64,000 nucleotides of DNA, taken from the IMG/VR virus record IMGVR_UViG_3300044953_000102, positions 1 through 64,000 of that record. The stretch is one strand, 5' to 3'. The notes beneath the pieces were generated by a model, which made no database searches, was not told where the DNA came from, and was given only the letters and a program-made list of their open reading frames with translations. Source of the stretch: a virus. Positions 30,728-39,560 of this stretch are shown here, piece by piece. Position numbers and translations under genes: made by a program. Each line of letters opens with the position of its first letter. The stretch's first letter is position 1.

Positions 30728-31597
30728 TCAGAATATGTATCTGATTGTGTTCCACGGAAGAATGGAGTCATGTAAAGCTCTAAATTCTTCAATGTATTTG
30801 GATTTACACCCGGTCTTGTACCTAATATTTCTTCCTCCAAACTCAGAAGTTTTGGGTTCTTGTATAGATGGATTCCAAAGAATTTCTTCGCCCATGAGCC
30901 CATTTTTGATGTTGTATTCATGTTTATCTTTATTATGTGTTAGAAAGATTACTTCAGCTTTAACATCATCTGTATCCCAACTGTTATATATTGCATGTTT
31001 CTTAATTATATCAAACAAAAACTCATATTCAGTTAACCAATTATCATGAACAATAACAGGGCTAAAGTTTAAGTGCACTTCATAACCAGCATCAATAAAT
31101 CTTGGCACAGCATTTAATCTTAAATCAATAGGGCTAGTATTAGGTTCAAGTATCTTTCTCCATTTCTCTGGCATTAGACTAAATCTTATTCTAATTTTTT
31201 CATATGGATCAAACTGTAGCAAATCTGCATTTACATACTTAGTAGCAAATGAACCCATAGCAAGTGGATGATCCCGGAAGAACTTAAATATAGTCTTCCA
31301 ATCATGATATTTAACATGCAGAGCAAAGTCTTCATTACAAGAGATATCATAAGTAATATGCTCTCCTGTTTGATTAGGTTTCTCTACATCAGCAAACCAA
31401 ACATGTGAATTAATCTCTGTCAGGATATCCATAGTATTTGTTGCTATAGATAATCCTTCCGGCTTGTGCCTCTTCATATAACAGTAACCACAGTTATAAA
31501 GGCACCCGTGACCAAAACTGGGTGAAATAAAATCTGTACTTCTTCCTGATGATCTTATTTTAAATGTTTTTCTGGTAACTTTCTCTACTAGACTCAC
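30728..31597 (-). CDS. Spore photoproduct lyase-like radical SAM protein
   Basis: GCLYNCGYCY (CxxxCxxC), FATK, IRIRFSLMP, LEPNTS..RL, GYEVHLNFSPVI. Confidence 0.85.
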   Translation of the reverse strand: MSLVEKVTRKTFKIRSSGRSTDFISPSFGHGCLYNCGYCYMKRHKPEGLSIATNTMDILTEINSHVWFADVEKPNQTGEHITYDISCNEDFALHVKYHDWKTIFKFFRDHPLAMGSFATKYVNADLLQFDPYEKIRIRFSLMPEKWRKILEPNTSPIDLRLNAVPRFIDAGYEVHLNFSPVIVHDNWLTEYEFLFDIIKKHAIYNSWDTDDVKAEVIFLTHNKDKHEYNIKNGLMGEEILWNPSIQEPKTSEFGGRNIRYKTGCKSKYIEEFRALHDSILPWNTIRYIF

Positions 31598-31815
31598 TTA
31601 TCTAATTTAATCTGATTTTCATCTAGTATCTCATAGAACTTATCTCTGATTCTTTCTACCATCTTCCACTCCTCCTCACTGAGCTCCTCATACTTCCATA
31701 GTGTTCTTAACTCCTGAGAGATATCCCAAAGTGCCGAGTACATAGTGGCACCCTGAATAGCAAGATCAAAATCATGTTTGTCTTCTGGTAGATTATATTC
31801 AAGTGTTGCTTTCAT
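31594..31815 (-). CDS. Hypothetical phage protein
   Basis: MKATLEYNLPED...; ATGA overlap. Confidence 0.75.
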   Translation of the reverse strand: MKATLEYNLPEDKHDFDLAIQGATMYSALWDISQELRTLWKYEELSEEEWKMVERIRDKFYEILDENQIKLDK

Positions 31816-31853
31816 AGTAATTATTTAATAAGTCAATAGTTCTTTCAGCACCA

Positions 31854-32015
31854 TCATATTTTGATTCTGCGTGTAGCATTTCTCCATTGATATTTATATT
31901 TATATGTTGGTTCTAGGAAATATGCTTGCCAATGATCATTAGGTCTGGCAGTAAACCTTTTACATTTTTCTTTAACTGGACATTTAAATCCATGGCAATT
32001 AGCTATATCACTCAT
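31854..32015 (-). CDS. Small Cys-containing protein (53 aa; not in ORF track)
   Basis: MSDIANCHGFKCPVKEKCKRFTARPNDHWQAYF... Confidence 0.6.
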   Translation of the reverse strand: MSDIANCHGFKCPVKEKCKRFTARPNDHWQAYFLEPTYKYKYQWRNATRRIKI

Positions 32016-32223
32016 TTTTTTCTTCTAAATTACTATTTTTTCTTGAATCTCTATAATCAATAATAAACCCAATTGCAACTATTATGTTCATTCCCAGTGA
32101 CATAAGTATCTCATGGATATCCGCATATACATTTAGTGATAGATGTATATGCCCTACCATCCAAAATGGTATGGACAAGTTTTGGCTTATCCATACCAAT
32201 AGATATTTTATAAAGTGTTTCAA
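32008..32223 (-). CDS. Small membrane protein
   Basis: Two hydrophobic segments. Confidence 0.7.
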   Translation of the reverse strand: MKHFIKYLLVWISQNLSIPFWMVGHIHLSLNVYADIHEILMSLGMNIIVAIGFIIDYRDSRKNSNLEEKNE

Positions 32224-32672
32224 GGATTACTTATAGCATTGTATGCTGCAGTACTACCTGTCATCTTAAATTCATAAATTTCTGAATCACATGTAGTATC
32301 ATTAATTCTAATTTTTACAGATGATGCAGCTTTAAAATCTGCAAGAAACTCTGCATCTGAATTAAGATCATCTACCATAAATACCGTTTTATGATTTTCA
32401 GAAACTTCTCCTGCAATATTATACTTTTGATACTCCCCATTTACTAGGAATGAAATATCTACAGTAACCGATTCATCACATATATATACCCCACCTATGT
32501 AAAATGCAATACCCTTGTAGTTTTCAAGTTTTAAAAACTCACTCTGACCATCTTCAGTATATGCAATTTTATATGGTGTATCAAATCCATTATCAATCTT
32601 TCTAACTAGCCATTGTGATAATGCACTAAAACTAAATAAACTAACACTTACTAATACTAATAACTTTCTCAT
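32220..32672 (-). CDS. Exported protein with signal peptide
   Basis: MRKLLVLVSVSLFSFSALS-Q, a Bacteroidota-style signal peptide. Confidence 0.75.
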   Translation of the reverse strand: MRKLLVLVSVSLFSFSALSQWLVRKIDNGFDTPYKIAYTEDGQSEFLKLENYKGIAFYIGGVYICDESVTVDISFLVNGEYQKYNIAGEVSENHKTVFMVDDLNSDAEFLADFKAASSVKIRINDTTCDSEIYEFKMTGSTAAYNAISNP

Positions 32673-32684
32673 TTTTTTGGTTTT

Positions 32685-32915
32685 TTAATTGTTTTGTTTT
32701 CCTCCTGTTGATTCTCCTTCAGAATCTTCTGTAGTCTCTCCCAGATTTGCTTGTTGATCAAGTTGTAATCTGGCTCTTTCTTGCGCTCTTTCATACTCTT
32801 GCCAATGATAAATGTTTAATTCTCTCATTTTTAGGAAATCTTCAATGGTCATTTCCTCTGGTATACCATTATTTGCATGCATAATCTGCATATATACTTC
32901 TTTCATTCTTCCCAT
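32685..32915 (-). CDS. Hypothetical protein
   Basis: 76-aa ORF. Confidence 0.65.
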   Translation of the reverse strand: MGRMKEVYMQIMHANNGIPEEMTIEDFLKMRELNIYHWQEYERAQERARLQLDQQANLGETTEDSEGESTGGKQNN

Positions 32916-33343
32916 AACATTTTCATGCTTTTGTCTAATAAAAACTTAATTGTTATCCTTATATCATTGTGTCCATAAATAGAACCAGCAGCTTTTAGTT
33001 TATTAAACATGTTTCTACTAATATCAATTTGAACTCTTTTATTTCTCTGTACTTGTTGAACCGATTCAATTACACTAAAATCAAAAGGAAACATTTGAGC
33101 ATATACATAAACATTTGCTTGAAACAGCTTATCTTTATAAAATTGAACAGCTATTTTTTTATTATAGTTTACTCTAGACCTTTTAATATTAAAAATTTCT
33201 GCAATCTTTGGTTCAGACATTCCAAATCTATAAGCTAAAATACCTATAAGATAACTTCTTTGATCAACAAGTGATCTTGTTCTTAGATGTTGAGAAAGTT
33301 GCTTTAATGAAGCAATAACATCCTCTTTAGTATAATTTTCCAT
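32903..33343 (-). CDS. Putative HTH DNA-binding protein
   Basis: GMSEPKIAEIFNIKRSRVNY is HTH-like. Confidence 0.6.
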   Translation of the reverse strand: MENYTKEDVIASLKQLSQHLRTRSLVDQRSYLIGILAYRFGMSEPKIAEIFNIKRSRVNYNKKIAVQFYKDKLFQANVYVYAQMFPFDFSVIESVQQVQRNKRVQIDISRNMFNKLKAAGSIYGHNDIRITIKFLLDKSMKMLWEE

Positions 33344-33619
33344 TTATATTAAATCAAGTTGAACTTCTTTTTCTTCTATCTGATGTTCTTGATCATAAGC
33401 AATCAATCCATCTATTGGTAAAAACCTAGAAGCATCATAATACTCATAAGGAAATGATTTTTCAGTTAATTCTACTTCATTAAGTTTAAATCCTATTTTG
33501 TTTGGTTGTAAACCCATTCTTGTCATAGAAATTACAGTGTATACTACACCTTTTTTTATCCATTCCTCCAATGATATTTTTGTAGGTTTATTGCTTGCAT
33601 CAATACATATAACTTTCAT
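33344..33619 (-). CDS. Hypothetical protein
   Basis: MKVICID..KGVVYTV. Confidence 0.7.
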   Translation of the reverse strand: MKVICIDASNKPTKISLEEWIKKGVVYTVISMTRMGLQPNKIGFKLNEVELTEKSFPYEYYDASRFLPIDGLIAYDQEHQIEEKEVQLDLI

Positions 33620-33854
33620 GCGATTCTATTTCTGTAATCAGTTCTAGTTTTTCAAGATCTGTTTTTATTTCTAACATCTCTATAAAATCCCCATTTTTTA
33701 CAAAACATTTACCATTAGTATGTGCAAGAAGTGCACATTGTTCCGCTTGTAAAGGTTCGTGTTTACAGAATCTAATAAGACATGCAATAACATACAAAAA
33801 ATCATGAGTATTATCATTATACAATACTAATTTGTGTGTGTTTGTACCTTCCAT
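33600..33854 (-). CDS. clpS: ClpS-like Clp protease adaptor
   Basis: LVLYNDNTHDFLYVIACL..H...QAEQCALLAHTNGKC.VKNG. Confidence 0.8.
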   Translation of the reverse strand: MEGTNTHKLVLYNDNTHDFLYVIACLIRFCKHEPLQAEQCALLAHTNGKCFVKNGDFIEMLEIKTDLEKLELITEIESHESYMY

Positions 33855-33882
33855 ATACTACTAATATACAAAAACATTGGGG

Positions 33883-34989
33883 TTAATCTAATTTAACCCC
33901 AAAATCTTTCCATGTTATTTTATTTTGGTCAAAGTTTTCAAGTGCTTCTTTTACCCATTTTTCATCTATAGTATTCATATAACATAGTATATGTACAATA
34001 GCTTTATCATCTGGATTTAAACGGAGCAACCTTCCAATTCTTTGACTTGCTTTTCTCTCATTACCATAAGCATGCATAATAATGCCCTGTTTAAGTTCTG
34101 GAATATTCACACCCTCATTCAACTGCAATACAGTTGATAGTTGTTTAATTGTTCCCTCCTTAAATAGTTCTAGGTTTTTTTCAGATTGAGAATTACCACT
34201 ATGATAACTATAAGAACATAACTTATCAGCTTGAGCTTGTGTGTTTGCAAACACAATACATTTAGTTTTTATATGTTCCATTAATAGTTGAGTATACTTT
34301 TCTTTGCTTGGATATTCCATCATAGCTTTCATTCTCATTACTCTCAACATATGCATATTACCAGATCCGACATCTATTCTTCTAGACCAATATGTATAAT
34401 TAGACTGCTCATCTGTAAAAAATTGTTTACTAGACATTTTAACTGAATAGTTTTTTTCTTTTGATAAACTTATTTTGTGTACAATGATTTGATAGTCATT
34501 TAGAATACCATTTTCAACAGCATCATCTGCTTTAAATGTATAAACTACCGGACAGAATTCATTTAACAATTTGCCTTTTTCAGAATATCCTCTTTTAGGT
34601 GGTGTACCAGTCAGACCAAGTATAAGACCTTTATATAATTGTAAAAATCCTCTATGACTATCTAATAAACTGTGCACCTCATCTAAATATACTGCTTCAT
34701 AATCACTAGGAGTATGTTTATTTAGACTTAAATAAGTTGTGAATGTTATTCTATCTAATAAGTTTTCTTTGTTGAATTTAACAGCATCATCTTTCCAAGA
34801 CTGAAATATAGATCTCTTTGGTGCTACTACAAGTACACGCATTAATGGTGTTGTATTTCTTTCAATATGATGCAAACCCACAAGAGTTTTACCAACACCT
34901 GTACCAAGAACAACACTACATCTTTGTTTACCATTTGTAGCATCAAGTGCATCTAACTGTACTTTATTTTTTGTTATAAGTGTCTCCAT
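33883..34989 (-). CDS. Superfamily 2 DNA helicase
   Basis: GTGVGKT, DEVH, LTGT, QRIGRLLR. Confidence 0.9.
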   Translation of the reverse strand: METLITKNKVQLDALDATNGKQRCSVVLGTGVGKTLVGLHHIERNTTPLMRVLVVAPKRSIFQSWKDDAVKFNKENLLDRITFTTYLSLNKHTPSDYEAVYLDEVHSLLDSHRGFLQLYKGLILGLTGTPPKRGYSEKGKLLNEFCPVVYTFKADDAVENGILNDYQIIVHKISLSKEKNYSVKMSSKQFFTDEQSNYTYWSRRIDVGSGNMHMLRVMRMKAMMEYPSKEKYTQLLMEHIKTKCIVFANTQAQADKLCSYSYHSGNSQSEKNLELFKEGTIKQLSTVLQLNEGVNIPELKQGIIMHAYGNERKASQRIGRLLRLNPDDKAIVHILCYMNTIDEKWVKEALENFDQNKITWKDFGVKLD

Positions 34990-34993
34990 AAAA

Positions 34994-35398
34994 TTATTTT
35001 AAGTAACCAAGTGCTCTTGATTTTTTTGGATGAGCATGAATCCAATCATGGCAATTCCTACAGACTGCAAGCCATGTAGATTGCACTAAATAATAAGCAT
35101 CTCTGTTAGCACCAGCATATGTGTGATGTACATCTGTAGCATTTATGCTACAACCTTTCACTGCAATTTGGCATAGACTAAAGTCTGTAAGAAATCTGTT
35201 TCTAAGTTTTAAGTACTCTTGATCTTTTTTCTTTCTCTTAGAAGAAACCTGAGAGATAGCAGATTTTGTTGGTTTCTGTGTATTATCTTTACTTTTGTGG
35301 CAACTCCAGCAAAGTTTGCAATATCTGTATCCCTCATGGTTCTTCCAAATGACCGTCTCTTTCTGACAGCCATCACAAATTTTAAGCTTTAACTTCAT
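34994..35398 (-). CDS. HNH-type nuclease / zinc-finger protein
   Basis: CxxC pairs, ATDVHH..AVCRNCHDWIH. Confidence 0.7.
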   Translation of the reverse strand: MKLKLKICDGCQKETVIWKNHEGYRYCKLCWSCHKSKDNTQKPTKSAISQVSSKRKKKDQEYLKLRNRFLTDFSLCQIAVKGCSINATDVHHTYAGANRDAYYLVQSTWLAVCRNCHDWIHAHPKKSRALGYLK

Positions 35399-35873
35399 TC
35401 TTTAATCTTGGTAATATTACTGGTGCTTCCTTTAAACTTAAAAAGTTTTTAGGAAGTACACCTTCAGCTATAAAGATACTAATTATCTGGTCTTTCCCAA
35501 TATTTAAATCTTTAAAAGTTAAAGTATTTATAAACTTTTCATCTGTTTCATTACAGTTTACTAAGTCTTTAGTAATACTTGCTTTGGGAAATAAACTCAA
35601 GAATATTTTGTTAGTATACTCTATTGCAATTTTCTGTTTGAAGATATTCAATACATTTTGAGCTCTTTTGTATACATTTAGTATCCTTTGTTTTTTCTTT
35701 CCACACATTGTGGCAAGTTCTTTCTCACTTAAAGCACTTAAACCATATAGTGCTCTTTTGTACAAATAGTTCTGATATACAGAATATTTGTCTTGTTTAT
35801 ATTGCATGTAAGTTTTACCTCCATTCAATTGATAATCTCTGATGTCTTGTTTTAGCTTTTCCATTTTATACAT
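35382..35873 (-). CDS. Hypothetical protein
   Basis: 163-aa ORF. Confidence 0.75.
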   Translation of the reverse strand: MYKMEKLKQDIRDYQLNGGKTYMQYKQDKYSVYQNYLYKRALYGLSALSEKELATMCGKKKQRILNVYKRAQNVLNIFKQKIAIEYTNKIFLSLFPKASITKDLVNCNETDEKFINTLTFKDLNIGKDQIISIFIAEGVLPKNFLSLKEAPVILPRLKNEVKA

Positions 35874-35896
35874 TCATATTAATAATCATAATAATA

Positions 35897-35923
35897 AAAA
35901 TGGGGGTCATTGACCCCCATTTT
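35897..35923. terminator. Palindromic hairpin / bidirectional terminator
   Basis: aaaatgggggtca-t-tgacccccatttt. Confidence 0.65.
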
Positions 35924-35943
35924 AACCCTATCAACCTTATATC

Positions 35944-36426
35944 TTAGATATTAAAGTCTTGTCCTGCTGCATTTTGGATTGCACTTGTGTTTGCTTTAGA
36001 AGCATTTGCATAAGCAGCACGTAATTGTTCTACATTATCATGTTTGATTAATGTATCTTGTGCATTTCCATCTAAGGTAAATTTAGTTCTACGATAGATA
36101 GGAAGACCACCAATTGTACAAACAATACCAGTCTCTCCTGCAATCTTAAGATCACGTTCTGGAGTTTTAGCATTGAATGGCTCAAGAGATTCTTCTACCA
36201 CAATTTTACCATCCAATTGCTGACCAGCAAAGAATCCAGATTCTGTCAATTCAGACAAAGTACCTGGGATTAATGCAGATACTGGTTTTCTACGTAAGAA
36301 ACCATTATCATCAATCATCATTCTTACTTGTTGTACACGAATATATCCATAATCAGGATTATTCTCTGATACATTTACAACTGTTTTTGTTGATTCGTCA
36401 CCTAATACTACTACTTTTGAGTTCAT
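35944..36426 (-). CDS. Hypothetical protein
   Basis: 160-aa ORF flanked by terminator and AT-rich leader. Confidence 0.8.
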   Translation of the reverse strand: MNSKVVVLGDESTKTVVNVSENNPDYGYIRVQQVRMMIDDNGFLRRKPVSALIPGTLSELTESGFFAGQQLDGKIVVEESLEPFNAKTPERDLKIAGETGIVCTIGGLPIYRRTKFTLDGNAQDTLIKHDNVEQLRAAYANASKANTSAIQNAAGQDFNI

Positions 36427-36546
36427 AACTTAAAGTTTTAAAAATTAATAAATAAATAAATAGATTGTTTTGAGTAGATGTACTATATCATTAGTTACTC
36501 ATGCTAAGTGATAAGTGTTTAATATTGCATATCGCAATATGCAATA

Positions 36547-36819
36547 CTAGTTATCCATTGGATCTGTTAAGTCAATGATATCATCAAATGGTAAATCATC
36601 TGATGCAATATCATTTAAATCATAATCTTCCATAGGAAGAAACTCTGTGTCTATGAATTTTTCTCTGGTGTTTTTATCAACAGCAGAGCCGGTAAAAGGA
36701 TCCCTAATATGTTCACCGAAGTCTATTGACATGAGGTATTGTATATCTTCATCTGTAAGATCAAGAAATTCCTCTATTGTTAAGTGAACTACTTTCCCAT
36801 TAGGGAGTTGATATAACAT
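36547..36819 (-). CDS. Small acidic hypothetical protein
   Basis: Start taken at MLYQLPNGK. Confidence 0.7.
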   Translation of the reverse strand: MLYQLPNGKVVHLTIEEFLDLTDEDIQYLMSIDFGEHIRDPFTGSAVDKNTREKFIDTEFLPMEDYDLNDIASDDLPFDDIIDLTDPMDN

Positions 36820-36981
36820 TACCTGTATAAATATGCAGATAAATATATAGTATTTATAGTAATCTAAGTTGTTTAAACTAATAATATTTAGCAATATATA
36901 GCTAAACAATGAAAAAGGGGATATCTCTACCCCCTTATCATTTATTCAGGAAAAGCATATTTTACAATACACTGTCTTTAA

Positions 36982-37209
36982 TTAATCATTAGAACGCTTA
37001 TAATCAAGTAGTTTGTCATACAAGTCTTGATTAAAGCTAGTCCAAAACTTTTTATTTGTAATTTGATTTAGACTAACTGGTTTAATTTGTGCTTTGTAAT
37101 TAGAATAAATTACACCAGAATTTACAGGTTGACCATTTTGGTCTTGAACTTTACAAGTAAGGTCAAACCCCAGAACTGATTTAATAATGTTGTATGGATT
37201 ATTTCTCAT
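36982..37209 (-). CDS. Hypothetical protein
   Basis: 75-aa ORF downstream of the tRNA. Confidence 0.65.
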   Translation of the reverse strand: MRNNPYNIIKSVLGFDLTCKVQDQNGQPVNSGVIYSNYKAQIKPVSLNQITNKKFWTSFNQDLYDKLLDYKRSND

Positions 37210-37225
37210 AGAATTTAGTTTATAG

Positions 37226-37299
37226 TGGTCCCATTTGGATTCGAACCAAAGACCTACTGCTTAGAAGGCAGTTGCTCTATCCAGCTGAGCTACGGGACC
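37226..37299 (-). tRNA. tRNA-Arg (anticodon UCU)
   Basis: GGTCCCGTAGCTCAGCTGGATAGAGCAACTGCCTTCTAAGCAGTAGGTCTTTGGTTCGAATCCAAATGGGACCA forms a full cloverleaf with a TTCGAATC T-loop. Confidence 0.95.
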
Positions 37300-37363
37300 A
37301 ATATTAAACAGACTATAACACCTTTCATCTGTTTATTGCGGTTAAAGGTGAACGCAAATATAA

Positions 37364-37651
37364 TTAATATTCTGGTCCCAAGTCCTCCCAAGTGACATCA
37401 TCTTCACTTAGAACCCAAACTGATTCAGCAAAACCGGAAGTAGTATTTATTAAATACTTTATACTTCCAAACTCAACCATTAATCTGTCACTGTCAACTT
37501 TGTAAACTTTCTGGAGCTTTTCTGTCTCCATTCTTTCCAGATTTTTTACATACTTAACTTCAGACTTAGTAAGTCCCATATATTTATCATCATCATTAAA
37601 TAAAAGTAAAAATAAAGGGAAAATAAACAATAAAATCAATTTTGTAATCAT
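37364..37651 (-). CDS. Hypothetical protein with N-terminal hydrophobic anchor
   Basis: Start taken at MITKLILLFIFPLFLLLF (ATGA overlap). Confidence 0.65.
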   Translation of the reverse strand: MITKLILLFIFPLFLLLFNDDDKYMGLTKSEVKYVKNLERMETEKLQKVYKVDSDRLMVEFGSIKYLINTTSGFAESVWVLSEDDVTWEDLGPEY

Positions 37652-37899
37652 AGTGATAATATTAAACCGTAAATAATTAAACTCATTGAAGACGCTATAA
37701 ATAAAGCAAGTCCCCATTTAAAACCAATAAACATTCTTTCTTCTTCAATCTCCTTCTCAATTACATCAAGGTCCCACTGCAAATCATTTACTCTAAACAT
37801 TACAATCTCTGGATCTGCAGATGAATTATATGCAGCATCAATGAGGGATATAATATCCCTCTTTTGATGCTCTAGTTTATTAAGCTTTCTGTAAATCAT
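37648..37899 (-). CDS. Hypothetical protein with C-terminal TM helix
   Basis: 83 aa; ATGA overlaps. Confidence 0.7.
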   Translation of the reverse strand: MIYRKLNKLEHQKRDIISLIDAAYNSSADPEIVMFRVNDLQWDLDVIEKEIEEERMFIGFKWGLALFIASSMSLIIYGLILSL

Positions 37900-38036
37900 T
37901 TGCTTAAATCTTTTGTGTTAATACTCTGCTTTTCCTGACCATAAGCATCACAATGTGATGAACTCTTGCAACTAACTAAAGTTGCCAAAGCACCAATAAA
38001 TACAAACCATAATACTACAATCATACCTGTTTTCAT
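37896..38036 (-). CDS. Small lipoprotein (46 aa; not in ORF track)
   Basis: MKTGMIVVLWFVFIGALATLVS-CKSSSHCDAYG, lipobox-like. Confidence 0.6.
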   Translation of the reverse strand: MKTGMIVVLWFVFIGALATLVSCKSSSHCDAYGQEKQSINTKDLSK

Positions 38037-38047
38037 AATCATAAATT

Positions 38048-38374
38048 TTAAAAAGGTAAATTTAAATCAGTTATTAAATCCTCAGCACCAATTGCTCTAT
38101 CTAGCAATGTTGCTTTTTTGCTTGCAAGTTTCTCCATCTTGGCATTTACTTTATAAACCTCAAGTTTTTGAAACCAATTGTGACCAAGAGAATCATTATG
38201 AGAGAGAATTCCTTCTATTCTACATAACATTCTATCTTTTCTGCTTGAACGCATTACAGCAAAACCAAATATTTCTCTAATTTCATCTGCATCTGCAGCT
38301 GTAAGATTCATATTTAGTTTAATAATTGTGTGACCACCAAAACTGTGGTAGCCAAAAGGAATTGTTTTGTTCAT
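38048..38374 (-). CDS. Hypothetical protein
   Basis: 108-aa ORF with AT-rich leader. Confidence 0.7.
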   Translation of the reverse strand: MNKTIPFGYHSFGGHTIIKLNMNLTAADADEIREIFGFAVMRSSRKDRMLCRIEGILSHNDSLGHNWFQKLEVYKVNAKMEKLASKKATLLDRAIGAEDLITDLNLPF

Positions 38375-38391
38375 AAGTTTAATTTTTAAGT

Positions 38392-38571
38392 TTATTTTTC
38401 AGATTCAATTCTTAATGCAGTTGTCACAGTAGCAATTAGTATAATTACTTGGACTATCCATCCAAATATATTATACTGTTCAAAGTGGAATACCCCACCA
38501 AGTGTTGTCATTCCTTCAAGAAAAATGACTAGTAATATAGCCAAGGCTATATATTGGATTTTTTTAATCAT
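38392..38571 (-). CDS. Small two-TM membrane protein (59 aa; not in ORF track)
   Basis: MIKKIQYIALAILLVIFLEG...WIVQVIILIATVTTAL. Confidence 0.6.
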   Translation of the reverse strand: MIKKIQYIALAILLVIFLEGMTTLGGVFHFEQYNIFGWIVQVIILIATVTTALRIESEK

Positions 38572-38699
38572 AAGTTTAGTTTTAAATAGTTAATAATCAT
38601 ATACATTGAGTGGTACTAACTGTACTACTCATTAGTATTTAGTACTTGCTTGAAGCACTAAAAAGAAAGACCGAAACCGTTATAGTTCTAGTCTTTAAA

Positions 38700-39560
38700 A
38701 TTGTAAAGGGCTGAGTGTTGACCTTTTACTTGCAATAATTCTGACAGTTTTCACCATCTTACACACACTATTATTTCTAACAGTATATTGCATGCACAAT
38801 AGATTAGGTATCTATCAAACCACTACGTACCAACTAATAAGTTCCTGTTCCTACCAACTTCCCTGCAAAGGATTAACAAGATGCCTCCTGTTAGTTAGAT
38901 AGTACTTATTTCCTTTACCATCTGTCTTGCGGACATCAGGTATCTACATATTACAGCAGAATAAGTGCATTTTCATTAGTACGTGTCTGGACACTTTTGC
39001 ATTATAATTAGTAATAATTATTTTGCGGTCCAAGAATGTGAAAGTAGTGGTCCAAACCCTTAATAACATGCTACCTTTTGGGTAGTTTAGTTATACTACT
39101 TTCTGTTTTCACCTGCCAAGGATACTCACTGTCAAATGTAATTGTCCACGGTATTTCTACCAACAGACTACAAATGACTAATAGACGCTTCAAGACTGGC
39201 AATCTCTACTACATACTATTTACTATACCTATCTATTGAGATTTCTCTCTCAAACTCCTACTTGTTAGAAGTTCTGTAATACTGTGCATCAACCGTTAGG
39301 CCACAAGCACCCCACATTACAGGGAATATAGTATCTTTCAGTAGACAGGATAAATCCTGCGCAATATGTTACCAACATATCACTTTATACCATCACTGGT
39401 TTATCTTAAGGTCACGAAGACTGACCTGTTGTTTCAGTAACCCATCAAGTAGGTTTAACGTACACACCATGAGCATTTCAACTCTGAGGGTAACAACATT
39501 GTGTACTTATATTCAGGACTCTTACCTGCAAATCCCTACATAGTCAATAGGAATGGCTTT
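38700..39560 (-). ncRNA. Candidate large ornate structured ncRNA (GOLLD/ROOL size class; family unassigned; boundaries approximate)
   Basis: No credible ORF; GC higher than flanks; many hairpins, three GNRA-capped stems on the - strand and long-range helices (38797-38811/39225-39238; 38775-38782/39263-39270). Confidence 0.65.

Noticed and set aside
30709-30921. N-terminal extension of ORF 30298-30921 overlapping the radical SAM gene
   Set aside because: A same-strand overlap of about 190 nt is unlikely; a better start with an AT-rich leader exists at 30708.
38700-39560. Group I or II intron as the explanation for the structured region
   Set aside because: No interrupted gene flanks it, and I could not identify P7 or domain V consensus by eye. 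Not formally excluded without a covariance-model search.
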